This document shows positions 26,828 to 37,900 of a stretch of DNA of 64,000 nt, one piece after another; position 1 is the stretch's first letter; every line of letters starts with the position of its first letter. This stretch comes from Fidelibacterota bacterium (lineage in GTDB: Bacteria > Fidelibacterota > UBA2242), in NCBI GenBank assembly GCA_016783665.1, contig JADHWC010000001.1, positions 10,596 through 74,595 of the forward strand, read 5' to 3'. Made by a program: the position numbers and the translations under genes. Below the pieces are notes generated by a model. The model made no database searches and was not told the origin of the DNA. It worked only from the letters and a program-made list of their open reading frames with translations.

Positions 26828-28270
26828 ATGATTTCCAATACGATTCAAATACTTGTAATTGAAGATGAAGAATTTGATGTACGGCGGATCATAAATACCG
26901 TCAAACCCTATGAAAAGATCATTATTTCCGATATTGTTTCCAGTGGTGTTGATGCGATCAATCTTATTTCTCAAAAGAAGAATTATTACGATGTCGTTAT
27001 CATGGATTTACAGATTGCCGGTGGGATAATGGGTGAAGAACTGATTCAGGAAATCAAGAAAATCAGCCCGCTGACCCAGATAATCGTTGTCACTAAAAAA
27101 ACTATTCACCAAACCGATTTTGATTTTGCCAAACGCCTGATTCAGGCTGGCGCATTCTGGTTTTGTACCAAGTATCCCGGGGATATAGAGACCTACATTT
27201 ATCAACCTACCGATTTTATTCTCAGTATTGTGAATGCTTATGAAAAGAAACAGTTGGAAATTAAGCATCTAAATTCTAAAAAGAAATTAACCAAAAATGT
27301 TCAGGACATTCTTGCTAATAAGATAATTATCGGAGAATCACCTGTAATACAGACGTTAAAAGAACAGCTTCAGCAGTTCGCTGAGACAAACGCCAATATA
27401 TTGATTTATGGAAAATCCGGCACAGGAAAAGAATTGGTTGCCACAAATATCCATTATCTCAGTAATCGGAGTTTGGAAAACTTTATCCCAATCAATTGCG
27501 GGAGTATTCCAAGGGAGTTAATCGAAAGTGAATTGTTCGGATTTGAAAAAGGGTCCTTTACAGGCGCCCAGGAAAGCAGACCGGGATTATTTGAAAGAGC
27601 CAATGAGGGCACGATTTTTCTCGACGAAATTTCGGATTTTCCTTTATCTGCTCAATCGAAGTTATTGAGAGTATTGCAAGATGGTCAAATTGACAAGATC
27701 GGGCGAAAGAAAAGTTATAAAGTCGATGTCCGGGTTATTTCCGCGACCAATAGAGACCTTGAAAAAATGGTAACTGACAAAAAATTCCGTGAAGATCTAT
27801 ACTACAGATTAAATGTTCTACAGATTTACGTTCCATCTCTTGAAGAGCGAAGAGAAGATATTCCCAGATTAGTTGAGTACTACTTAAACCGCTACAGCGC
27901 TGAGATGGGAAGATCCGCACCTGGGTTTGAATCCGGAGCAATGGAAATTTTAACGAATTACTCATGGTCGGGAAATATCCGGCAGTTACAGAATGTAGCT
28001 CAACGCATTTTGTTTCTCAGTAAGGAAAAAATATCCAAAGATTCGGTTATCAGTGCGATTGGAATGAAAATGACGATTGAGGACCATAAACAGCCTTATA
28101 ATTTCGATATGGAACATATACTGCCATTAAAAGAAATTGAACGGCAGTTTCGTAAAGACTATTTAAAATTTGTAAGAAGTCACTGTAAAACCGATGCCGA
28201 AGCTGCCCAAAAACTGGATCTGGCGCCGCCGAATTATTTCCGTATCTCCAAAGAACTAGGTCTAAAATAG
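26828..28270 (+). CDS. Sigma-54-dependent response regulator (NtrC family: receiver + AAA+ sigma-54 activator + Fis-type HTH)
   Basis: 480 aa. Receiver domain with phospho-acceptor context DVVIMDLQIAGG. Walker A YGKSGTGKE. GAFTGA-type motif (GSFTGAQ). Arginine-finger region. C-terminal HTH. Confidence 0.85.
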   Translation: MISNTIQILVIEDEEFDVRRIINTVKPYEKIIISDIVSSGVDAINLISQKKNYYDVVIMDLQIAGGIMGEELIQEIKKISPLTQIIVVTKKTIHQTDFDFAKRLIQAGAFWFCTKYPGDIETYIYQPTDFILSIVNAYEKKQLEIKHLNSKKKLTKNVQDILANKIIIGESPVIQTLKEQLQQFAETNANILIYGKSGTGKELVATNIHYLSNRSLENFIPINCGSIPRELIESELFGFEKGSFTGAQESRPGLFERANEGTIFLDEISDFPLSAQSKLLRVLQDGQIDKIGRKKSYKVDVRVISATNRDLEKMVTDKKFREDLYYRLNVLQIYVPSLEERREDIPRLVEYYLNRYSAEMGRSAPGFESGAMEILTNYSWSGNIRQLQNVAQRILFLSKEKISKDSVISAIGMKMTIEDHKQPYNFDMEHILPLKEIERQFRKDYLKFVRSHCKTDAEAAQKLDLAPPNYFRISKELGLK

Positions 28271-28416
28271 TTCTCAATTGTTGTGTAGTACTCTATCCAA
28301 AAAAGTTTATAAAATGATAAGCCGGAGTTATTATTTTAATAACGAAATCTGTTGATATCAAACACCAGCTTAATACTTCCCCCAATAAAGCAATCCGTGT
28401 AGAATTAATTTTTGCT

Positions 28417-28431
28417 TGGCTTACTTTTTGT
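28417..28431 (+). promoter_or_regulatory. Candidate sigma-54 (-24/-12) promoter TGGC-N7-TTGT upstream of symporter gene
   Basis: TTGGCTTACTTTTTGT has the GG and the -12 TTG at correct sigma-54 spacing, though TTGT replaces the consensus TTGC. About 45 nt upstream of the 28475 start and adjacent to the sigma-54 activator gene. Confidence 0.25.
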
Positions 28432-28474
28432 CTATAAGTGTTCTGATGGTGTTTTCAAGTATAAATAGAGGAAT

Positions 28475-30100
28475 ATGTTTCGGTATTTAGAGAATATTGA
28501 TATTTTTCTGCTTTTTTTGTATTTTGGAGGCGTTATGCTTGTGGGATTATATTTTTCCCATCGGGAAAAAACGCCTACGGAATATTTTCTGGCCGGACGG
28601 AATGTCGGATGGATTGCAATCGGTTCCTCATTATTTGCCACCAATATATCCAGCGAACATTTCATCGGTTTGGCGGGCTCCGGAGCCAGCAGTGGTCTGG
28701 CTGTAGGACATTTTGAGTGGATGGCTGTTTTTTTTGTATTGGTGCTTGGATGGGTGTTTGCACCTTTTTATCTCAAGTCCGGGGTATTCACAGTGCCGGA
28801 ATTTTTTGAAAGACGGTTTAATAAATCCAGCCGCATGTATCTGACCACAGTTTCGATTGTTGCTTACATCTTAACAAAAATATCCGTAACACTGTTTGCC
28901 GGTGGAATACTGCTCAATCAGATCCTTGGTTGGAATATGATTACTTCTGCCATCGTGATGGTGATAATTACAGGCATTTATACGATTGCGGGCGGTCTTA
29001 GCGCGGTCATTTATACAGAATTAATCCAAACCGTTATTTTAGTTGGCGGAGCAATGCTGCTGACGATACTGGGACTAAATGAAGTTGGCGGACTGCGGGG
29101 CTTGCAAGCCGCTTTACCGGCTGACTATTTTAGTATGTTCAAACCGGCAAGCCATCCTGAATTTCCCTGGACAGGCATTGTTTTCGGGGCGCCAATTTTG
29201 GCTGTATGGTACTGGTGCACCGATCAGGTGATTGTCCAGCGTGTGCTCAGTGCGAAAAATATTCAACACGCCCGCAGCGGCGCCATCCTTGCCGGTTTTT
29301 TGAAAATATTACCGGTGTTCATTTTGATTTTACCCGGAATGATCGCTCTGGCATTATTTCCCGGTATCAGGGGTGATGAAGCTTATCCCACATTGGTAAT
29401 AAGTCATTTATTGCCTGTGGGTGTACGTGGGATAGTAATCGCCAGTTTATTAGCTGCGTTAATGTCTTCACTGGCAAGTACTTTTAATAGTAGCTCTACA
29501 CTCATTACTATGGATTTTTATAAGCAGTTTCGACCGGATGCCAACGGCAGGGAACTGGTTTTGATTGGTCGATTGGCGACAACAGCATTGGTTATTTTCG
29601 GGATTTTATGGGTGCCGCTTATTCGCAGTATCAGCAGTCATCTGTTTATTTATCTGCAAAGTGTCCAGGCCTATATCAGCCCGCCAATTGCGGCAGTGTT
29701 TATTTGTGGAATATTTATAAAACGGGTTAATGGTAAAGCCGCGATTGTGTCTCTCGTCAGTGGCGGGATATTAGGAGCATTGCGCCTGATTCTGGAAATA
29801 CTCAGTAAAAAAGAGATAATGAATTTTGGAATGATGCAGTGGTATGCAGATATGAATTATCTTCATTTTGCAATCTTTCTTTTTGGTATTTCATCGGCAA
29901 TTGTAGTCTCGGTTAGCCTGCTGTCGGAAAAACCGGGGAATCACAAACTGGAAGGATATACTTTCACTAAAATGAAGGATCTGAAGGATGCCATTGCGGG
30001 AGATAGTAGACGTAGAAATCCGGTTTGGGATAAATTGAATATTGCATTTTCCATAGTACTAATTCTTACAATTCTTAGTCTTTGGGGTGTGTTTTTTTAA
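28475..30100 (+). CDS. Sodium:solute symporter family (SSS/SGLT-like) transporter
   Basis: 541 aa, ~13-14 TM helices. N-terminal signature EYFLAGRNVGWIAIGSSLFATNISSEHFIGLAGSG typical of SSS family sugar/solute symporters. Confidence 0.85.
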   Translation: MFRYLENIDIFLLFLYFGGVMLVGLYFSHREKTPTEYFLAGRNVGWIAIGSSLFATNISSEHFIGLAGSGASSGLAVGHFEWMAVFFVLVLGWVFAPFYLKSGVFTVPEFFERRFNKSSRMYLTTVSIVAYILTKISVTLFAGGILLNQILGWNMITSAIVMVIITGIYTIAGGLSAVIYTELIQTVILVGGAMLLTILGLNEVGGLRGLQAALPADYFSMFKPASHPEFPWTGIVFGAPILAVWYWCTDQVIVQRVLSAKNIQHARSGAILAGFLKILPVFILILPGMIALALFPGIRGDEAYPTLVISHLLPVGVRGIVIASLLAALMSSLASTFNSSSTLITMDFYKQFRPDANGRELVLIGRLATTALVIFGILWVPLIRSISSHLFIYLQSVQAYISPPIAAVFICGIFIKRVNGKAAIVSLVSGGILGALRLILEILSKKEIMNFGMMQWYADMNYLHFAIFLFGISSAIVVSVSLLSEKPGNHKLEGYTFTKMKDLKDAIAGDSRRRNPVWDKLNIAFSIVLILTILSLWGVFF

Positions 30101-30121
30101 GATGGGGAAGCAGGTTTTATT

Positions 30122-31189
30122 ATGAGAAAATCGGTCTGGTTATTTTTAATTCTTGTGGTAATTTTTACGATCGTCATATGTTTTATTTTACCTTTAAAAA
30201 TTCCGTATAAATTAAAAACACCGGGAAAAATTTCGACACGTTTTGAGTGGCTGGTTACAAAAACTCAGGACAACCAGATCGTATCAACTTTACATGATCA
30301 TTCGACCGGGGCAATTCTCAACCAGCGGATATTTCAGTTTGAAAGAAATGATATTATTAACTATCAGCAAACGTCTGGTCACAATTGGCAACAGAGTGTG
30401 GTGGAAAATGATACAATCGCATTTATTCGTTCCAACGAATTAGAGCGACAAATGGAGGAACTATTTGGCGAGCTGCAGGTCGCCAAAGCGACTCTCGATT
30501 TATACCATGCCGGGGAAAAAGAATCTGTCATTGAGGAAGCTCGTAAAAAGATTGATTATGAACGGGGAAGAGCAGATGAGCAACGGCGTGTTGTCAGCCG
30601 TTTACGTTCATTACGCGAACAGAGCCTTATTTCGGACGAAGAATTTGAAAGCGCTGAGAATCGGCAGGAACTCTTCGAAATACGAGTAGAATTGGCAGAA
30701 GCGAAAATGCTGACCGTATCGACAGGAGCACAGCCGGAATTAATTCGAGCCGAAGAGTTTCATGTTCAGTCTCTCCAATCTCAATTACAACTGTTAAGAA
30801 AGCGAATATCGGCATTAAATTTGGTCAGTCCGATAGGTGGAAAATTGATATTTTATCATGACAGCGACACACTTTTTTCAGTTCGTGACCTGTCGGAATT
30901 TTGTGTATTTATACCGGTTCCCCATTCCAAATATTCATATCTTGCTTCAGGTCAAAAAATTGAAGTGATTATACCGGAAAGTAATTCCTTATTCACCGGG
31001 CGGGTTATAGAAATATCACCCGAAGTTCGATTGTTAAACAATAAACAAGTAGTGTTTGTTGTTGCAGCGCTTGATGTTCAAACGCCAGGTCCGATGACCG
31101 GGTCGATTGTAAATGTCAGAATTCATACTGAGCCTGTTTCATTATCGGAATATTTGGGGAGAATCTTAAGAACAGTAACGTTTAATTAA
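30122..31189 (+). CDS. HlyD-like membrane fusion/periplasmic adaptor-type protein (N-terminal TM, long coiled coil, C-terminal beta domain)
   Basis: 355 aa. N-terminal TM anchor, ~100-aa heptad-rich segment, then LNLVSPIGGKLIFY resembling the HlyD hhAPxDGxV motif. Stop is 1 nt before the VTC gene start. Confidence 0.45.
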   Translation: MRKSVWLFLILVVIFTIVICFILPLKIPYKLKTPGKISTRFEWLVTKTQDNQIVSTLHDHSTGAILNQRIFQFERNDIINYQQTSGHNWQQSVVENDTIAFIRSNELERQMEELFGELQVAKATLDLYHAGEKESVIEEARKKIDYERGRADEQRRVVSRLRSLREQSLISDEEFESAENRQELFEIRVELAEAKMLTVSTGAQPELIRAEEFHVQSLQSQLQLLRKRISALNLVSPIGGKLIFYHDSDTLFSVRDLSEFCVFIPVPHSKYSYLASGQKIEVIIPESNSLFTGRVIEISPEVRLLNNKQVVFVVAALDVQTPGPMTGSIVNVRIHTEPVSLSEYLGRILRTVTFN

Positions 31190-31190
31190 T

Positions 31191-31997
31191 ATGCATAGAC
31201 GACGTGAATTTAAATACCTGGTACCAAAGGATCGTTTAAACGAATTCCGATCAGTTATTGCACCTTATGTAGAAAAAGATCAAAATCTTGACTTAAACAA
31301 CTTACTTGATTACAAGGTAAATAGTATTTATTTTGATACGGGGCATTTGAGTTTTTATAAAGAGAAATTGGCAGGGTTGAAACTCCGCAAGAAATTTCGA
31401 ATTCGAAGCTATAATAAACAGACTGAAGACTCGATCGTATTTGTCGAAATTAAACAGAAGGAAGAAAATATCATTAGTAAGAACCGGGCGCCGGTTTATT
31501 ATCGAGATATCAAGCAATTTCTGATATGGGGAAATATTGATCAACATGTTCTGAGTGATGGAAAATTTCCAAATGCCCACAGTGATGCCAGAAAGTTTTT
31601 ATATTATTATTTTGGGAAAAACCTTGTTCCCGTCGTACTGATCGTTTACGATCGTGAAGCCTATCATAGTAAATTTAATCCTGACTTACGCATAACATTT
31701 GATAAAAATATTCGCAGTAAGGTTTGTACTTCGACAGATGAATTATTCACGAAGTATAAGACTGAATATGTTTTAAGAGATTATTTTGTGCTTGAAATAA
31801 AGTTTTATTCCGGTTACCCGCTCTGGTTGAGAAAAATTGTCCAGAAGTTCTCTTTGCAACAACGATCTGTATCGAAATATTCTCACTGTGTCGACAGGCA
31901 TATTGATGAATTGGATATGCACTTTAAACGCTCATCCTATGAATGGGCAAAAGAATATTATTTAAAAAATGATTTTATCAATGAGGAAGTTATATAA
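31191..31997 (+). CDS. VTC-domain (CYTH-like triphosphate tunnel / polyphosphate polymerase-like domain) protein
   Basis: 268 aa. REFKYLV...VNSIYFDTGHLSFYKEK...LRKKFRIRSYN...VFVEIKQKE matches the VTC domain pattern (E-K-[FY]... SlYFDt ... R.R.Y ... E.K.K). Confidence 0.7.
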   Translation: MHRRREFKYLVPKDRLNEFRSVIAPYVEKDQNLDLNNLLDYKVNSIYFDTGHLSFYKEKLAGLKLRKKFRIRSYNKQTEDSIVFVEIKQKEENIISKNRAPVYYRDIKQFLIWGNIDQHVLSDGKFPNAHSDARKFLYYYFGKNLVPVVLIVYDREAYHSKFNPDLRITFDKNIRSKVCTSTDELFTKYKTEYVLRDYFVLEIKFYSGYPLWLRKIVQKFSLQQRSVSKYSHCVDRHIDELDMHFKRSSYEWAKEYYLKNDFINEEVI

Positions 31998-32671
31998 TGT
32001 TTAATGGATTCGAGAACCTGTTTGTGTATTCCATAAATCCCGGACAAGTCATCGTGAATATGGTAATAGCGTTTATCTGTGGGTTTTTAATTTCCATAAT
32101 TTATCGCTGGACATATTCCGGACCGACTTATTCGGTTACTTATCTCAATTCTCTAATTGTTTTATCCATGATCACCAGTATTGTCATAATGGTAATTGGC
32201 AATAATCTTGCCCGGGCGTTTGGGTTGGTAGGCGCCATGTCGATCATCAGATTTCGGACTGCTATTAAAGATACACAGGATATTGTTTTTATTTTCTTTT
32301 CGTTAGCGGTTGGGATGGCGTCCGGTGTTGGGATGCATCTGATTGCCCTGTTCGGTGTGTTGTTGATTGGCGCGGTTTTCATTGTATTATCCAAAACGCA
32401 ATTCGCCTATCCGTTACGAAAAGAGCTGTTGGTACAGTTTTCCTATAAATCCGGTAGTGAGGGAGAAACGCCATATCTTACCGTATTTAAGAAATATTGT
32501 AAAAGCAGTAGTTTGATCAATGTCAAAGCAATTGGTGGAAAAGGTAATATTGAGATATCCTATTATGTACATTTACACCAAAAAGATCAAAGTAAAGAAT
32601 TTGTCAGCGAGTTGAAAAATATTCCTGGTATCGATTATGTCAATCTATTATTTGATGAAGAAAAATTTTAA
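31997..32671 (+). CDS. DUF4956-family membrane protein
   Basis: 224 aa. 3-4 TM helices. Signature ARAFGLVGAMSIIRFRTAIKDTQDIVFIFFSLAVGMASG. ATG overlaps the VTC stop codon (TAATG), consistent with coupling. Confidence 0.7.
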   Translation: MFNGFENLFVYSINPGQVIVNMVIAFICGFLISIIYRWTYSGPTYSVTYLNSLIVLSMITSIVIMVIGNNLARAFGLVGAMSIIRFRTAIKDTQDIVFIFFSLAVGMASGVGMHLIALFGVLLIGAVFIVLSKTQFAYPLRKELLVQFSYKSGSEGETPYLTVFKKYCKSSSLINVKAIGGKGNIEISYYVHLHQKDQSKEFVSELKNIPGIDYVNLLFDEEKF

Positions 32672-32687
32672 TTTGTGGGAGTTTAAA

Positions 32688-34928
32688 ATGAATTTTACAC
32701 AATCTTTGATGATCGTAGTGATGAGTTTTATGGTGCTTATTTCGGGTTGCCAAAAAGGTGATAACCTGACCATTGATATTGAGGTGAAAAAATTAATTTC
32801 TCAGATGACCCTTGAAGAAAAAATCGGACAAATGACTCAATTGACTATTGATAGTGTTTCTAAAGTGAAAGGCACGGAATCCGATTTGCATCAAATTGAT
32901 CTGGCAAAATTAGAAGAGGCTATTATTGAATATCATATTAGTTCAATACTTAATGTTTATGATGCTGCTTATACTCTGGATTATTGGCATGAGATCATTA
33001 ATCAGATTCAAGATATTGCAACGAAGAAAACCCGCCTGGGAATACCGATAATATACGGCATAGATGCAATTCATGGGGCTAATTATATCGTTGGAGCAAC
33101 TATATTTCCTCAATCTATCGGTATGGCAGCAACCTGGAATCCGGAGTTGGTCAGGAAAGAGGGTGAAATTACTGCTACTGAGACCAGGGCGTCCGGAGTT
33201 CCATGGAATTTTAATCCCGTTTTAGGTTTAGGTCGTCAACCTTTATGGCCAAGATTATTTGAAACCTATGGAGAGGATGTTTATTTGGCATCTGTAATGG
33301 GGGCAGAATATGTTAAAGGGTTACAAGGTAATGATATTTCCAATCCTGAGAAAGTTGCAGCCTGCGCGAAACATTACGTCGGTTATAGTTTTCCTCTTTC
33401 CGGTAAGGATCGTACTCCCGCCTGGATACCCGAGAGAATGTTGCGGGAACTTTTTTTGCCGACTTTTAAATCTGCAATTGAAGCGGGCGCTGCTACCGTT
33501 ATGGTAAATAGTTCTGAGATTAACGGAATACCAGTTCATTCCAGCTATTATTTATTGACGGAAGTGCTTAGAAATGAATTAGGCTTTGATGGTTTTGTTG
33601 TGTCGGACTGGAATGATATTAATAATTTGTATCTCCGTGAAAAAGTAGCCGCAACTCAAAAAGAAGCGGTTAAAATGGCTGTCATGGCTGGCGTAGATAT
33701 GAGTATGGTGCCTTATGATTTTAGCTTTTATGAACTTTTGTTAGAGTTAGTTAATGAAGGTGTTGTGCCTGAATGGAGAATTGACGAGGCGGTTACAAGA
33801 ATTCTTAAAGTTAAATTTGAACTTGGACTTTTTGAAAGTCCTTATCCCAATGTAAAATTAAAGAAAAAATTCGCATGTGGTAAATTCAGAAAAGTAAACT
33901 TGCAAGCGGCAAGAGAGGCAATTACCCTTCTTAAAAATGATAGCAGGTTGTTGCCCTTATCAAAAGACAAAAAAATATTTATAACCGGACCTACTGCAAA
34001 TTCGCTTTCAGTTATGAATAGCGGGTGGACAATAACCTGGCAGGGAGATCAAGAAGATCTGTATCCAAAGAGTAAGAAAACGATTTTGCAAGCTGTTGAG
34101 AACAAAGCTGGAGCCAAAAATGTGACTTATTTACCCGGGGTTACATTTGATAAAGAAATTGATATAAATGCAGCTGTAAAGGCGGCAAGAAATTCAGATG
34201 TTGCTATTGTCTGTATAGGTGAGAATCCCTATTGTGAACTTATTGGAAATATTGACGATTTAACCATGACTCAATCGCAATTAAAGCTAGCGAAAGCGAT
34301 AGAAGAAACGGGTGTTCCTGTTGTACTTGTTTTGGTAGAAGGGCGTCCCCGGATTATTAACGGCATTGTGGACGATGTAGATGCTATCTTAATGGCGTAT
34401 TTACCGGGAATGGAAGGTGGTTCTGCAGTAGCAGATGTTCTTTTTGGAGACTTTAATCCTTGTGGAAAACTACCGATTACTTACCCGGGATATACGAACT
34501 CCCTGATGTGCTATGACTATAAAAACAGTGAAATTTCAGAAATAAATGATTATGACGCCCAATTTCCATTTGGCTATGGTTTAAGCTATACAAAATTTGA
34601 GTACAGTGACTTAAAATTGGATAAAGCAGAGATAAATGAGAGTGATGAACTAAACGTTCAAGTCACTGTAAAAAATACAGGTGAAATTACCGGCAAGGAA
34701 GTAGTACAACTATATGTCAGCGACCTGGTTGCTTCTGTAACCCCATCGGTTAAACGGCTTAAACGATTTTCAAAAATATTGCTTGAACCGGAAGAAGCTA
34801 AAACTGTAAATTTCACTCTTTACAAAGACGATTTATCTTTCATTGGCAGAGAGAATGTTCGGATTGTTGAGCCGGGTGAATTTGTGGTAAGTGTGGCGGA
34901 TTTAACTGCCCAATTCAAGTTGAAATAA
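32688..34928 (+). CDS. Glycoside hydrolase family 3 beta-glucosidase (BglX-like), lipoprotein
   Basis: GH3 nucleophile region GFVVSDWNDI. Typical KHYVGYS region and C-terminal FnIII-like domain. Start moved to the ATG at 32688 (lipobox LISGC, upstream GGGAG RBS) rather than 32637, which overlaps the preceding gene. Confidence 0.85.
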   Translation: MNFTQSLMIVVMSFMVLISGCQKGDNLTIDIEVKKLISQMTLEEKIGQMTQLTIDSVSKVKGTESDLHQIDLAKLEEAIIEYHISSILNVYDAAYTLDYWHEIINQIQDIATKKTRLGIPIIYGIDAIHGANYIVGATIFPQSIGMAATWNPELVRKEGEITATETRASGVPWNFNPVLGLGRQPLWPRLFETYGEDVYLASVMGAEYVKGLQGNDISNPEKVAACAKHYVGYSFPLSGKDRTPAWIPERMLRELFLPTFKSAIEAGAATVMVNSSEINGIPVHSSYYLLTEVLRNELGFDGFVVSDWNDINNLYLREKVAATQKEAVKMAVMAGVDMSMVPYDFSFYELLLELVNEGVVPEWRIDEAVTRILKVKFELGLFESPYPNVKLKKKFACGKFRKVNLQAAREAITLLKNDSRLLPLSKDKKIFITGPTANSLSVMNSGWTITWQGDQEDLYPKSKKTILQAVENKAGAKNVTYLPGVTFDKEIDINAAVKAARNSDVAIVCIGENPYCELIGNIDDLTMTQSQLKLAKAIEETGVPVVLVLVEGRPRIINGIVDDVDAILMAYLPGMEGGSAVADVLFGDFNPCGKLPITYPGYTNSLMCYDYKNSEISEINDYDAQFPFGYGLSYTKFEYSDLKLDKAEINESDELNVQVTVKNTGEITGKEVVQLYVSDLVASVTPSVKRLKRFSKILLEPEEAKTVNFTLYKDDLSFIGRENVRIVEPGEFVVSVADLTAQFKLK

Positions 34929-34966
34929 ATTCTTATAAACAAAAATGACGAGGATTTTGGGAGAAT

Positions 34967-37900
34967 TTGGCATATAAAATATTTCAACGTTGCTTCTTTT
35001 TGCTGCTTTTTATGACTGGTTTTTTTCAGGTCTTGACCGCCCAGTCGGTAGTTATTAATGAAGTAATGTCCGCTAATGTCAATACCATCAGTGATGAAGA
35101 CGGTGAATTTCCCGATTGGATCGAATTGTATAATCCGGCTAATATCGCTGTAAGTCTTGCCGGATATTCTCTTTCGGATGACAGTAGTGATCTGCAAAAG
35201 TGGATTTTGCCGGAAGTCGTTCTGGAGCCGCACGGCTATTTACTTGTCTTCGCCTCAGGGAAGGATCGTAATGAATATATTTCTTACTGGCAGGCTGAAA
35301 TAACCGCCGGGGATGTCTGGAAGTACCGTATTGGAGATTCAGAACCTCCGGCGGACTGGAGCGCCTTAACTTTCGATGATGCGAATTGGCTGGAAGGACC
35401 GACCGGAATCGGCTATGGCGATGACGATGATGCGACCGTCATTTCGGCTACGAACTCGGTATATATCCGAAAAACGTTTTATATCGCGGATGTTAACGCT
35501 GTCCGGGCGGCCCTGCTGCATGTGGATTATGACGATGCCTTTATTGCCTATTTAAACGGGACGGAAATTGCCCGGGCAAACATCAGCGGCGATCATCCAC
35601 CGTACAATCAGCCGGCGGATACATATACCGAACCAAAAATTAGATATGGTGGAAAGCCGGAGCAATTCCGGATTGATTCTCTAAAAAATATAATCACTGA
35701 AGGATCGAATGTTCTGGCGATCCAGGTACATAACAGCAGTCTAGAATCTTCCGATTTGACCATTATTCCGTTTTTAACACTTGGATTACAATCCGAACCA
35801 CCAGCGCCAAGAGCGCCGGATGATTTATTGGAAATACGCCCCTATTATTTGCACACAAATTTTAAAGTAAATTCACAAGGTGAAAATATTTATCTGATCG
35901 GCGAGCAGGGAATAAAACTGGATGAAGTTAATCCGGGCAATATGCCCAATGACGTTTCTTATGGGCGTTATCCCGATGGTACTTCCAATTGGTATTATTA
36001 CAGTAATACAACTCCCGGTGGACCCAACAATGGCTCGGGATATCAACGAGTCGGATCCTGTGTTTATTTTTCATTGCCGGGCGGACTGTATAATTTTCCG
36101 ATTACGCTTGAACTGACTGCGGAAAATCCTTCCGCAACCATATACTACTCATTAGACGGCTCTGTACCTTCAGAATCGTCGTTGGTATATTCCAGCCCAC
36201 TTGATATCAATGAAAGTAAAGTAGTTCGTGCAAGCAGTATTGAAACAGACGCTCTTGAAAGTCCGATAATGACGAATACTTATATCGTGGGACAACAGCA
36301 CAATCTGGCGATTATATCGCTTGCAACCGCACCGGAGAATCTCTGGGATCCGGACAGCGGTATTTACGTCATGGGTCACAATGCCTCGTCTGAGTTGCCC
36401 TTTTATGGCGCGAATTTCTGGCAGGACTGGGAACGACCGGTGCATATTGAATTTTTTGAGCCTGATGGTCAGATGGGGTTCTCAATGGATGCCGGCATGA
36501 AAATATTCGGGGGCTGGAGCCGGGTGAAACCGCAAAAACCGCTGGCGCTATTTGCCCGTCGAAGATATGGATTTAATGAGATAGATTATCAGGTATTCCC
36601 GGAATTACCCATAAAGCGATTTCAGGCTCTGGTTCTGCGTAATTCCGCCAATGACTGGGAATATACGATGTTCAGAGATGCGATGATGCAGAGCCTGGTG
36701 GAAGGCACGCATATAGATCTGCAGGCTTATCGTCCGGCGGTTGTCTATTTAAACGGCGCATATTGGGGGATTCATAATATCCGGGAGAAAATCAACGAGC
36801 ATTATATTGCCTCACATTACAATATTGATCCTGATAATCTTGATTTATTGGAAAACAGAAGCGTTCCGTTACAGGGCGACGCCGAACATTATACCGCATT
36901 GGAAAATTACATTTCCACTCACGATTTGAGTATCCCTGCAAACTACGAGTATGTTCAATCTCAAATGGATATTCAAAATTTTATCGATTACCAGACTGCC
37001 CAGATCTTTTTTGATAACCGTGACTGGCCCGGAAATAATCTCAAATACTGGCGGGGAAAAAAGGCAACCGGCAGGTGGCGCTGGATACTGTATGACACGG
37101 ATTTCGGATTTGGATTATATAATCCCACAGCTTATCTATTAAACACCCTTGAATTTGCTACTGCCACTAACGGTCCGGATTGGCCCAACCCAGCCTGGTC
37201 GACGCTTTTTCTAAGGAAATTATTGGAAAATAAGGAGTTCAAAATCGGATTTGTCAATCGATTCGCCGACCTGTTGAATACAAATTTCAAAAGCGATCTG
37301 GTATATCAAAAAATTGAATATTTTAAAAACCTCATTGAGTCGGAAATGCCAAATCATTTTGGGCGCTGGCAAGAAGGACTCGGATGGTACTCGCTTAACG
37401 TCTGGTATTATCATATCGAAACCTTAAAGACCTTTGCGAAATTTCGACCGGCTTATGTTACCGCGCATATTATCGGCAAGTTTCACTTAAATGGTGTGGT
37501 GGTCGTTAAAATCCAACACTTGTCGGCAGCCGGGAAAGTCAGAATAAACAGTATTCTTGTTGACGACGATTTATGGACGGGGAATTATTTTAAAGGAGTA
37601 CCCGTAGAGCTGGAGGCAATTCCCCGACCGGGTTATCGGTTTATTGAGTGGCAGGGGATTGATAATTACAATCTGAATCCGGTCAGGATTGTTCCTTCTG
37701 AGGCGCTGGATATTACAGCGGTTTTTGAGATTGACAGCGGTTACACAGGGGAGATTGTCATAAATGAGATAAACTACCATTCTCACCCTGATTTTGATTC
37801 CGGTGACTGGGTTGAACTTTACAATGCGTCGGAGATTGAAAAGAATTTAAGCGGCTGGATCTTCAGGGATTCCAATGCTGAAAATCAATTCGTAATTCCG

